Counted from the first letter of the stretch, positions 29,684 through 38,793 are shown. The stretch: 64,000 nt of DNA from Candidatus Woesearchaeota archaeon (GCA_018646625.1 JABGUJ010000001.1:441534-505533); one strand, 5' to 3'. Notes: generated from the letters alone by a model not told the origin. A program made the numbers and translations.

Positions 29684-31358
29684 CTTTTTCTTCCTCCTGA
29701 GGCTCTTCCTCGCCTATTTTCGCAAAATCTTCATCATACTCTTGGTTATCCGCTTTGATATCTTTTAATTTACCCCTACTTTGTTCTAGTAAATCTTTAA
29801 GATTCTCCTCAATCATTTTTTCGTCTGTTTCTTTAAGGCTTAATATCTTTTTCAAAGCGTCTGCAACATGCGGTATGTATTTTTCAATGTAACCTCTTTT
29901 CTTCATCTCATCTTTCATCCTTCTCTTCTTAGAAGTGTACTTTGCTAATTTTCTACCACACTCTTGCAATGCTAATTTCATCTCTTTAATTATCTCAGGA
30001 TAATGTGCTAATGCCTCCTTAGCTTCACTAGTAAATGGAACCCACACAGAAGACATGTGAACAAGTATAATTGCGGGCCCTACAGGAATAGATCTTCTAC
30101 TTTGCTGCAATCCATAATTTTTCCAAGCTGTACCCATAACAGAATCTGTGCACGCACACGCTCCTTGCTGAAGCTGCAGTGGAACTCTGTTCGCAAATCT
30201 CATTATTTTAACTTGTTTATCTCCTTCTATATCTCCACCGTATGCTATTGCGCATTCAATCACAAATGGATTACCTCTATAAACTGAAGGCGGTCTTGTT
30301 GTTGCACAATAAAACTCTGCTTTGATTTCTTTCTTTAGGCCTCTTTCAAGATCATTTGAACCAATTGGAGTTATACAATCCGTTGGTGGCGCCATAATTT
30401 TAGTATTTTGAATTGCCTTGAGAATTCTCTCAGACATGTCTCTGTTAATTTCAGATGGTTTTGTGTTCGGCAAAATCTTTGCTTTTTCACAAACTTCTTT
30501 TGCAACCGCAGAACTAACTCTGGAAAATTCACCATGTAAGAAACTTTGAATAGATCTGGAATCAGTGCTCTCAATCATTTTGATAAGCATTCCTAACTCA
30601 ACACCATGAGGGTGAGGCTTGATGCTTTTTGCTTCTTTTGGAAGCACGTCTGTAGCTCTAGGAAATATAATTTGATTAGCTTTAGGATCTGTATATATTA
30701 TGGTGCAGTGCGGATTAACAATGGCGGTTTGTTTGATGTATGTATCAACTGACTGTTGGCCTTTTTGATAAATCGCATCCATATCTAATTCAATTCTTGT
30801 TCCCGTTTCCGCAGACCAATGCACAACTTCTTCTTTTATTATTTTTGGAGTATTAGTTTTGGTGTCGATAAACAATTCGTAATAGTGCGCGGGTTCATCT
30901 TTGTGAATTTTAGATGTGATCCTTATAGGTTTTCCAGTAGTTAATTGTCCGTACAATGCTGCTGCGCTTATACCTATACCTTGTTGACCTCTTGATTGTT
31001 TAAGAGAATGGAACTTACTTCCATACAGAAGCTTTGCAAAAATCATAGGAATCTGTTTCTTTACAATCCCTGGACCATTATCTTCAACAATAATCCTAAA
31101 TCTCTCATTGTTCATATCTATTATTTCAACAGAAATTTCAGGAAGAATTCTTGCTTCTTCACAAGCATCTAATGAATTATCTACTGCTTCTTTTATTGTT
31201 GTCAATAAAGCCTTTCTTTTATTATCGAAACCTAATAGGTGTCTATTCTTCTCAAAGAACTCGGCTACAGAGATAGATCTCTGCTTCTTCGCCATTTCGT
31301 GTGCTTTAGAAGTTTTTTTCCCTTTTGAATTGCCTTCTGCAAGAGTTTTTTGAACCAT
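29676..31358 (-). CDS. top6B: DNA topoisomerase VI subunit B
   Basis: KEAVDNSLDA, EDNGPG, SRGQQGIG, RFANRVPL. Confidence 0.95.
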   Translation of the reverse strand: MVQKTLAEGNSKGKKTSKAHEMAKKQRSISVAEFFEKNRHLLGFDNKRKALLTTIKEAVDNSLDACEEARILPEISVEIIDMNNERFRIIVEDNGPGIVKKQIPMIFAKLLYGSKFHSLKQSRGQQGIGISAAALYGQLTTGKPIRITSKIHKDEPAHYYELFIDTKTNTPKIIKEEVVHWSAETGTRIELDMDAIYQKGQQSVDTYIKQTAIVNPHCTIIYTDPKANQIIFPRATDVLPKEAKSIKPHPHGVELGMLIKMIESTDSRSIQSFLHGEFSRVSSAVAKEVCEKAKILPNTKPSEINRDMSERILKAIQNTKIMAPPTDCITPIGSNDLERGLKKEIKAEFYCATTRPPSVYRGNPFVIECAIAYGGDIEGDKQVKIMRFANRVPLQLQQGACACTDSVMGTAWKNYGLQQSRRSIPVGPAIILVHMSSVWVPFTSEAKEALAHYPEIIKEMKLALQECGRKLAKYTSKKRRMKDEMKKRGYIEKYIPHVADALKKILSLKETDEKMIEENLKDLLEQSRGKLKDIKADNQEYDEDFAKIGEEEPQEEEKDE

Positions 31359-31430
31359 TAATAAATCAACCTCTTTACTTTTTCAATCTCTGATAGATTA
31401 TTAATAAATCTTTCTGATGAATAACTAAAC

Positions 31431-31982
31431 TCAAAACGGAGATCTTTCTTCAATCTTCATTTGAGTTCGTCGTTTTTCTAACCATTTGTAAACATGAGAG
31501 TGAGGTGCGCCACCCAACAGACTTTCTATTGCTCGTCTAGCCGCACTTACATTTTCAGGCATACCGATAATTCCTACGGTTTTACCATAAACTGAAATAT
31601 ATGTCTCTGACAATTCTTCGATAACTTGTCTTGATTTACCTTCTTTACCTATAATTCGCCCCTTAAATCTAATTGTTTTATTAGTAGACTTTCCAACATA
31701 ATCTGAAATATTTAATAGTTCTAAAGAATAATCTGATTTTAACAATAAAAGTGCGATGTCTGGATTAAATCCTCTACCTATTGCTCTAACAACGTTTAAT
31801 GCCGTAAATATCTTTAAACTATCCGGGCCTTTGATAATAACATCGCCTTCTTTAGAATCAACATCAATGTAAGAATCAGTACTTTCTTCAATATCTTTCT
31901 TTGCTTCGCCGCCCTTACCTATAAGGACTGCAACTCTTTCTTTAGGGATTTTGATTTCATAGGAAAATTCTTCGGAGGTCAT
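31431..31982 (-). CDS. KH-domain 16S rRNA processing protein (Dim2/Pno1)
   Basis: Two KH GxxG motifs (LIGKGG, IIGKEG), AIGRGF. Confidence 0.88.
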   Translation of the reverse strand: MTSEEFSYEIKIPKERVAVLIGKGGEAKKDIEESTDSYIDVDSKEGDVIIKGPDSLKIFTALNVVRAIGRGFNPDIALLLLKSDYSLELLNISDYVGKSTNKTIRFKGRIIGKEGKSRQVIEELSETYISVYGKTVGIIGMPENVSAARRAIESLLGGAPHSHVYKWLEKRRTQMKIEERSPF

Positions 31983-32105
31983 ATTTCATCAATTTAATCA
32001 TTCATTTTTAAACCTTTTTAAAATGAAGCACTATCTTCAAATTCTCGATCTGTTAGGGCTCTCGACGTGGTATTCTCTCTTTTTGCTTTATCTATAAATG
32101 CTTTG

Positions 32106-32142
32106 GAAAGGCTTATAAATTGGTCCATATTTAAATGGACCA
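32106..32142 (+). promoter_or_regulatory. BRE/TATA followed by an 8-bp inverted repeat (putative operator)
   Basis: GAAAGGCTTATAAAT, then TGGTCCAT-N6-ATGGACCA ending at the probable ATG. Confidence 0.6.
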
Positions 32143-33275
32143 TGTTTGATAAAGCATACAAGTTAGCTGGAGCGGTTATAGTGCTCTCTTTGCTACTATT
32201 ATCTTGCTCTGTTTATGCTCAAGATGTTATGCACGTTTCTGAGAAAGTTACACTGAAAAGACCGGGAGACTCTTTTGTTAACGTCGATTTCCTAGTCAAA
32301 GATGCTCAATCTAATCAACCTATTGTCGATGTTCCTATAAAGATTACTCTTCTCGATATAAGGGATGGCGGCGAAGTTTCATTTGTAAAATATTTAGACA
32401 ACTCAGGAATATTCAATTACAAAATAGCTGATGGTCCTTGGTTGTTAACTGCTGAGGTGGATGACTCTGAAACATCGGAAGTTGATTTCTTTGGAGAACA
32501 AGTACTTTCGATTTCTGAAGATTCTGTCGAAAACGTAGTTTTCCTTATTCCTGTTGGTGCTATTGAGGGGCGAGTTGTTGACGATGATACGAATCTTGTT
32601 AATGGTGCAGATCTTCAATTCATTTGTAAATCTAACATAGAGACCGATTATCCTGATAAAACAAATCTTTTTGGTACATTCACAAAGAAGGTTGTTCCTG
32701 TTGGTGTGTGTAAAATATCTGCAGCTTTTGGTAGTAAGACGGGATCTTCTACTGTTGAAATATTGCAAGGGCAAGAAGCTAGTGTTGATATTGTGTTGGA
32801 CCAATCCATTGAAAACGGCGGAACTTCCACTTCGAAGGTGCTTTATGTGGTTGGTGTTATAGTCCTTATAGCTTTAATTGCTGCTTTAGTTACTTTTTTC
32901 ATTATTAGAAAACCTAAGAAAGATCGTGGCTCGGTAACTGAGGTTCAAAATATTGAGTTTGATACTTCTTCATCCGGTGATGATAATTCTGATTCCTCTA
33001 CTGTTGTTAATGTAGTTAGCGGTAATGATGCTCTTAACTTAAGAGCTAAAGATATCTTAAATACGCTTAATGAACGTGAAAGACAAATTGTTGAGTTTCT
33101 CCTTGAAAGCGATAACAAAAGCACCCAAGCCAAGATAAGAAACTCCACAGGCATTCCTAAAACCTCTTTGGCTCGTATATTCTTGTCTCTTGAGAAGAAG
33201 AAGGTCTTAAACATTGAGACCATAGGAAAACTCAAGAAAATATATCTTACTAACTGGTTTTTGGGAAAAGAATAA
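32142..33275 (+). CDS. Membrane protein: signal peptide, beta-sandwich ectodomain, TM, C-terminal winged HTH
   Basis: Hydrophobic N-terminus, TM VLYVVGVIVLIALIAALVTFF, LNERERQIV..TQAKI..IPKTSLARIFLSLEKK; start moved to ATG 32142. Confidence 0.7.
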   Translation: MFDKAYKLAGAVIVLSLLLLSCSVYAQDVMHVSEKVTLKRPGDSFVNVDFLVKDAQSNQPIVDVPIKITLLDIRDGGEVSFVKYLDNSGIFNYKIADGPWLLTAEVDDSETSEVDFFGEQVLSISEDSVENVVFLIPVGAIEGRVVDDDTNLVNGADLQFICKSNIETDYPDKTNLFGTFTKKVVPVGVCKISAAFGSKTGSSTVEILQGQEASVDIVLDQSIENGGTSTSKVLYVVGVIVLIALIAALVTFFIIRKPKKDRGSVTEVQNIEFDTSSSGDDNSDSSTVVNVVSGNDALNLRAKDILNTLNERERQIVEFLLESDNKSTQAKIRNSTGIPKTSLARIFLSLEKKKVLNIETIGKLKKIYLTNWFLGKE

Positions 33276-33428
33276 AAGGTCTTCTTAGAATTCTCTTCTA
33301 CGTGAACGGACCATTAAACGATCTTGTTTCTTCTTATTTGCCTGAGTAAGATTTAAATATAGGAACCCTCCCTTCCTGTATGGGCTATTTTATTTAACAA
33401 AGATGTGCGCGGACATCGCGTTCCGCAC

Positions 33429-33441
33429 TTTCTTTTTTTTC
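33429..33441 (+). terminator. Oligo-T terminator after a GC-rich hairpin
   Basis: TTTCTTTTTTTT directly after the GTGCG/CGCAC stem. Confidence 0.55.
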
Positions 33442-33504
33442 TAAATCTACTATTACATAACTTTTATATAGTCTGAAAGCCAATAATTCATCGGGGGACG
33501 CGAA

Positions 33505-34101
33505 ATGAACATTAATAGAATTTCATTGCTAGTTGTTGTATTAGCGATCGCTATACTTGCGTCTCACTCGGTTTTTGCAGGTGCTAAGTTTACTGGCGGC
33601 GCAGGATCCTTTACAGATATTAATTTTTTTGGAAAACAATACACTGTTACAGTTCTTAAAATCGATAATGATCGTTATACTAACATGCGAGACAGATCTT
33701 GTTCTTTTAGTGTTGGCAGATTTAGAGAAGATATTGAGCTTTATCAAAATAAGCGAGTTGACGAGGTAGGAATCACAGTAAGTGACATTTATCGAGAGGA
33801 CAACATGAATCTTTGTGAATTTACTATTGCTGGTGAGATTTTATATTCTAAAATGATTTTACCTGGTGATGAAATTCTTCCACCCACTCCTGTTGAAGTG
33901 ATAAACAAAACTCCGTCAGTTGAAACAATTCCTAACGAATCTTCTCAAGAGGTTATTAAATCTGTTGAAGAACCATTGGAAAACGATTCTGAATTAGAAC
34001 CTGTGACTGAACCTACTGAAGGTAAATCTACTCGTGTGGTTCAAGTGAAAAAGCATTCTTTTGTTGCCTGGATAAAGAGTATTTATGGGAAATTATTCTA
34101 A
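33505..34101 (+). CDS. Secreted hypothetical protein with a Pro/Glu linker and amphipathic C-terminus
   Basis: Signal peptide, two-Cys domain, FVAWIKSIYGKLF tail. Confidence 0.7.
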   Translation: MNINRISLLVVVLAIAILASHSVFAGAKFTGGAGSFTDINFFGKQYTVTVLKIDNDRYTNMRDRSCSFSVGRFREDIELYQNKRVDEVGITVSDIYREDNMNLCEFTIAGEILYSKMILPGDEILPPTPVEVINKTPSVETIPNESSQEVIKSVEEPLENDSELEPVTEPTEGKSTRVVQVKKHSFVAWIKSIYGKLF

Positions 34102-34526
34102 TTCTTGGTTTGCATTTTTATCTTAATTATTTTGGTTGTTTTCTCATATTATTTGATTTAGGCACTATTTAATTATGTGGTGCGAATACTTCTATATATG
34201 TTATTATGATCTTATATGCTTGATATTGCTTCCCGCATTATTGGTATTTCTCTTAGTTTGTAGTTCGCGCCATATCTATTATTTTCTTTAATATTCTATT
34301 ATCTTCCTATTTTGTTGGGTTTTATCTCGTATACTGTGTTTAATTACGTTTGTTTTCCCTTATTATTGGTTTATATCTTATATGATGGATAATCTTCTTA
34401 TAATATCTGTTTTATTCTCGTGTATTGTATATTTAATTGTGGTTTTATACAATTAAATAAGAAAATTATCTTGTATAATTGGTTTTATTCGCAATATTTA
34501 TATACTATTTTTGTGATTATTTGCTT

Positions 34527-35024
34527 ATGCGCAGAGATTCAGACCATTCTGAGATGGAAAAATCAGATCTAGATCTTATGCTGAATTTCTTTGATCACTT
34601 TAAGAAAAAATATAATATGAGCTCTCAAGACATTGCACAACTTATCACGCAACAATCTAATGAATTCATTCCACTCTGCATCTTTAACAATAAGTCTCTT
34701 AGTGTTTTCGAAGCTATTGTAAAATATCTTGTTGATAGTAGAGAGCTAAGCCTGAAGAAGGTTTCAACACTTCTAAATCGAAATTACAGTACGATTTGGA
34801 CTACACATTCTAATGCAAAGAAAAAACTTAAGGCAAGTTTCAAGATAGAATCGTGCAAACAAATTCCAATTTCCATCTTTTCTGATTCCAAATACACTAT
34901 TTTCGAATCTCTTGTTAAATTTCTCAAAGAAGAAGAAGAACTTCCTAATTATGAAATTGCTAAGTTGTTGAATCGTAACAACAAAACCATTTGGACAATT
35001 TACAATAATACTAAGAAAAAATGA
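34527..35024 (+). CDS. Duplicated HTH-like DNA-binding protein
   Basis: Repeat FE.[IL]VK[YF]L....L....[VI]..LLNR...TIWT...[AT]KKK occurs twice; start moved to ATG 34527 after a TATA box. Confidence 0.65.
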   Translation: MRRDSDHSEMEKSDLDLMLNFFDHFKKKYNMSSQDIAQLITQQSNEFIPLCIFNNKSLSVFEAIVKYLVDSRELSLKKVSTLLNRNYSTIWTTHSNAKKKLKASFKIESCKQIPISIFSDSKYTIFESLVKFLKEEEELPNYEIAKLLNRNNKTIWTIYNNTKKK

Positions 35025-37333
35025 ACTGCATAACAAAAGCAACGAAGTTGGCCATTATGCTAATTTTAGCTATGCTTTTGTTATTATCATTTACTTACGC
35101 TCAAGGGTATGGTGAGTTCTTAGAAAGTGAAAGCGGAGTTCCTGTAACTATTACTGAAGAGGATGATGCTTGTACTGATGGAGTGTTTGATATCTTTAAT
35201 GGAGAAACGGACACCGACTGTGGTGGTAAGACTTGCGACAGATGTGAAGTAGAACAAAAATGTTTTGTACATGCTGACTGCGACTCTAGATTGTGTAAAT
35301 GTGTTGAAGAACCAGTTTGTGAAGATGAAAACGGGTGTCCTAACTTAATTTGTACTAAAAGAGAATGCTTTGATCGTTTTGCAGATCTATTATGTACTAA
35401 TGCGAGACTAGATGAAGATAATGAAGAGACTGATGTTGATTGCGGCGGTACTCTCTGTAGTAAATGTAGAATGGGTGATGAGTGTAAAGAAGACTCAGAT
35501 TGTAAAGAAGGTCTTTGTGAAGGAGATGTTTGCGTCTCTGATCAGGTTTCTGAACTATGTAACAATGATCAATTAGACAATGAAACATTAGAAACTGATG
35601 TAGATTGTGGTGGTGAGTGTAAATTGTGTGGTATTGGTTCATTCTGTCTTGATAACTCTGACTGTGATTCAAATAACTGTGCTGAATCAATCTGTCAAGA
35701 AGCAGAAGAAGAATCTGAAGAAGAACAAGAACCTGTAACTGAGACACCTGCAGAAATATTTGAAAGCCAGTCCGAAGAACCTGAAGAAAATGCTACTGCT
35801 GGTTATGATTTTGTGGAAGAAGAGGTTGATGTATTCTTAGATGAGGGCGAAGTTAAAGTAGTCATCAACGAGAAAGAGTATACTATGTTGCTAAAAGATG
35901 TTATGTTTTCGTCAAGACATGAAACAGATGTTTGTGCAATCGAAGTAAACGAAGAATTATTCATTGTACCTAAAGATGAGTATGTTCTTGCAAATGGTAT
36001 ATTCATTAATCCTGTGCTGGTTAGCACAAAAGGTGCGTTAGGTTGTAGAGTCAACGTATATTCAAGCAATTATGGTGTGTATAAATACAATAAAGAAAGC
36101 TTTACTGAAAAAACTAGAGAAGAATTATTGGAACTATTCTGGCAAGATAAAACATCAACAAAAGAAGTTGATAAAGAATACCACATAACTTTATTGGATG
36201 CAATAAAAACTGAAGATCCTTCAAAATCTAGTTGCAAGTTCACAATTGGAGATGAAAGTCATGATGTAAAACTTGGAAGCCTAATTAGTTTCTCCAATAG
36301 ATATCTTGGCGTTGCTGATGTATTAACATCTTATCGTCCTGAACAAGATTCAGATGCTTGTGAATTAGGGTACATCTGGGAAGATCAAGAAGTAACTCTT
36401 CCTAGACACGAATTCCTTAAAACGGAGCCAAAACCTAAACAAGAAGCTGATGATTTATCTTGCGATGACACAACAGACAATAATTTTTACACGAAGAATG
36501 AGATAAAACTAAACACTAAAACATATACTGATATGTGCGCAAAGAAAATACTAAAAGATTTTTTCTGCTCAAATGGGGAACTAAGATCTGTATACTTTGA
36601 GTGTCCAAAAAGTTGTAGTCAAGGAGCCTGCGAAGAGATCACTCTTGGTAATACGTTATCATCTTCTTCATATGTTACACACACAACATCAAATATTGTG
36701 CGGATGAAATGGTTAAAATCTAGATTACTAATAGAGTTGGAGGGTGAATCTAATATCGATGGTATCCTGACTATGAAAACTAAAGAATCTCCTGAGGGTA
36801 TTAGAATAGATAATAAAGTAATAGAACAAAATACTGACTGGATCTGGAACAATATTGATTCTGAATTAACGATATACTATACACACTCAAAACACACTAT
36901 AATAATATCATTTGAAGAAGAACAAGCACCGGTTGTGGAAAGGCCTCAACCTCCCAAAACAGAACCTGAACCGGTCCAACCTCAACCAGAACCAGTTGAA
37001 GCTGGATTTGATATGAGTTTATTGAAATGGATCATAGCGGGAGTTTTAGCAATCTTCTTACTCATGGGCTTCGTATTAGTTAAGGCATATCATCCTGGTG
37101 CATCTGCTAACGCGCAACAAACCATGCAGAAAATGGCACAACAACATCAAGTGCACGAGTTTAATCCTCAAATTGAAAAGTTAAAAGACTTCATTAGATC
37201 GTCATTAGCCAAAGGATTTAATCCTCAACAAATCAATGATGCGTTGTTTAAAATGGGTTGGAGTAACGATCTTATTGCTGAAGCATTCAATGAAATAAGA
37301 GAAGAATCTCAACTCAATCAACAGAGAAGATAG
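35021..37333 (+). CDS. Cys-rich repeat surface protein with a C-terminal TM and cytoplasmic tail
   Basis: Signal peptide, three ETD[TV]DCGG repeats, Pro-rich linker, TM WIIAGVLAIFLLMGFVLV. Confidence 0.75.
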   Translation: MNCITKATKLAIMLILAMLLLLSFTYAQGYGEFLESESGVPVTITEEDDACTDGVFDIFNGETDTDCGGKTCDRCEVEQKCFVHADCDSRLCKCVEEPVCEDENGCPNLICTKRECFDRFADLLCTNARLDEDNEETDVDCGGTLCSKCRMGDECKEDSDCKEGLCEGDVCVSDQVSELCNNDQLDNETLETDVDCGGECKLCGIGSFCLDNSDCDSNNCAESICQEAEEESEEEQEPVTETPAEIFESQSEEPEENATAGYDFVEEEVDVFLDEGEVKVVINEKEYTMLLKDVMFSSRHETDVCAIEVNEELFIVPKDEYVLANGIFINPVLVSTKGALGCRVNVYSSNYGVYKYNKESFTEKTREELLELFWQDKTSTKEVDKEYHITLLDAIKTEDPSKSSCKFTIGDESHDVKLGSLISFSNRYLGVADVLTSYRPEQDSDACELGYIWEDQEVTLPRHEFLKTEPKPKQEADDLSCDDTTDNNFYTKNEIKLNTKTYTDMCAKKILKDFFCSNGELRSVYFECPKSCSQGACEEITLGNTLSSSSYVTHTTSNIVRMKWLKSRLLIELEGESNIDGILTMKTKESPEGIRIDNKVIEQNTDWIWNNIDSELTIYYTHSKHTIIISFEEEQAPVVERPQPPKTEPEPVQPQPEPVEAGFDMSLLKWIIAGVLAIFLLMGFVLVKAYHPGASANAQQTMQKMAQQHQVHEFNPQIEKLKDFIRSSLAKGFNPQQINDALFKMGWSNDLIAEAFNEIREESQLNQQRR

Positions 37334-37335
37334 TT

Positions 37336-38052
37336 CTAAACATGCTCTTTACCAGTTATCTTTTTCCAAATAGTTTCCATTTCTATTTCTGTTCCTATTT
37401 TGGTAAAAAACCTTGCAATGTTTTTACAGTCTCTTTCCAACAACTCTTTTGCTGTAGAACTTTCTATAGATGATGATTGTGAAAAATCAATAAAGTATGG
37501 GTTATCGTCTTTTATCAATATGTTAAACTCACTAAGATCTCCATGAACTAACCCTAGTTGATGTAATTTTTTCATGTATTCAATAATTTTATCAAGCACC
37601 TTTCTTCTTGCCTTTGGAACATAGTCTTTTAATTTTGGAGCAGGCACATCATCGCCAATATATTCTAAGATCAATATGTTATCTCTGATTGCCATGGGTG
37701 TTGGAACTCTTATTCCTTTTTCTCTGGCCTTCATTAAGTTTCTATATTCTCTCTGAGCCCATGTGAATATGATACTCCTTCTTGAATGCTTTACGCTAGA
37801 ATATCTTACATCTAATCGAAGGTAATCGTACATTCTGTTAAAGTCGCACGTCTCCAACCTATATATTTTGATAATAACTATTGTGCCGTCTTTTTTCTCT
37901 GCAGTAAATACGTTCGCTTCTTTACCTAATGCAATGGGACTAAGAATTTCATTGAAGTGTCCTTGAGCCATTAGCTTTGCTATATTTCTCTCGGTCCATT
38001 CATCAAAGACGGTTTTGTATGTCTTGAATTTCTCCTTAGTTATTTTTCCCAT
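37336..38052 (-). CDS. rio1: RIO1-family serine/threonine kinase
   Basis: GKEANVF, IKIYR, VHGDLSEFNIL, IDFSQ. Confidence 0.93.
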   Translation of the reverse strand: MGKITKEKFKTYKTVFDEWTERNIAKLMAQGHFNEILSPIALGKEANVFTAEKKDGTIVIIKIYRLETCDFNRMYDYLRLDVRYSSVKHSRRSIIFTWAQREYRNLMKAREKGIRVPTPMAIRDNILILEYIGDDVPAPKLKDYVPKARRKVLDKIIEYMKKLHQLGLVHGDLSEFNILIKDDNPYFIDFSQSSSIESSTAKELLERDCKNIARFFTKIGTEIEMETIWKKITGKEHV

Positions 38053-38127
38053 AGTTTTCTGTTGTCCTCTCTACTTTTTAAATGGTTTCAAAAGCAAACA
38101 ATTAACTACTCGCTAGTAACGATGAAG

Positions 38128-38146
38128 CGAAACCTTTATATATATC
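38128..38146 (+). promoter_or_regulatory. BRE plus TATA with no credible downstream CDS
   Basis: CGAAACCTTTATATATA oriented toward the hairpin array. Confidence 0.6.
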
Positions 38147-38164
38147 GTGTGCCTACCACATAGT

Positions 38165-38385
38165 AACAAATTGATTAATTAAATTAATCAATATGCCTAA
38201 ACACCCCTTAAAGCGCCCAAACAGATGCTTTCCGGCATTTGGTGGGCACTTTTTTTCATTATCCTTTTTCATAATCAATCACCTCTTTTCCCCCGCAGGG
38301 CACTTCGGTGTTTTGCAGGGGTTTTATACTCACCTCTTTTTCCCAGCAGAGCATTCTTTAGGAGTGTTCTGCCCGGGTTTTTCAT
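38165..38385 (+). ncRNA. Putative multi-hairpin small RNA
   Basis: Four stems, a cUUCGg tetraloop, G-U pairs valid only on the + strand, repeated TCACCTCTTTT. Confidence 0.55.
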
Positions 38386-38432
38386 GTTCTCAAGACTTCT
38401 ACAGCCTTATTTCTCGAAAAAAAACTCAATAA

Positions 38433-38447
38433 CGGAAGATTTATAAA
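38433..38447 (+). promoter_or_regulatory. BRE plus TATA for the dnaG leader
   Basis: CGGAAGATTTATAAA about 25 bp before the first stem. Confidence 0.55.
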
Positions 38448-38469
38448 TTCTAATATACCTTTAGTCTCC

Positions 38470-38755
38470 ATTGTGTAAATGGGTCCTTTCAAGAGTATGG
38501 GAAGTTCCTTAACTGTGATTGAGAGCCACTCTTACGCAATCCAGCCCGTCGCGAGAGTACTCAATGGAGCTTACGGCAAAGTCGCGCTATGAACTTGAGA
38601 GTTAGTGTTTCGGGCAACAACCTTTTCATATTTACAGAAAAGATCATAGAACAGTTCAAAGAACTTATCGCATTCATTTAATCATTATTTGGCGTTAAAA
38701 CAGCTATAGGGGCCAAAGTTAGCCTCCGTATTCGCTAGTTCTATGAGCTTTTCGA
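38470..38755 (+). ncRNA. Putative large structured RNA / dnaG 5' leader
   Basis: 15/16-bp stem 38637-38652/38738-38753, stem 38474-38481/38629-38636 and several nested stems; no ORF. Confidence 0.6.
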
Positions 38756-38793
38756 GTAATAACAATAGACGATAGAAAATAGGAGGCGACAAA

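Noticed and set aside
35160..35700. Cys-rich repeats as DGR template/variable repeats
   Set aside because: Repeats are in-frame protein modules with differences at all bases; no reverse transcriptase in the window
38279..38382. CRISPR array
   Set aside because: Only two imperfect units, the variable parts are themselves hairpins, and no cas genes are in the window
38193..38446. 79-aa and 73-aa + strand ORFs
   Set aside because: Phe-rich translations of T-tracts and hairpins, no RBS, no family resemblance
38470..38755. RNase P or SRP RNA identity (GGGAAGUUCC and ACAGAA are present)
   Set aside because: The two motifs do not form a P4 helix and no SRP helix-8 motif was found; a Rfam scan is still needed to exclude them formally
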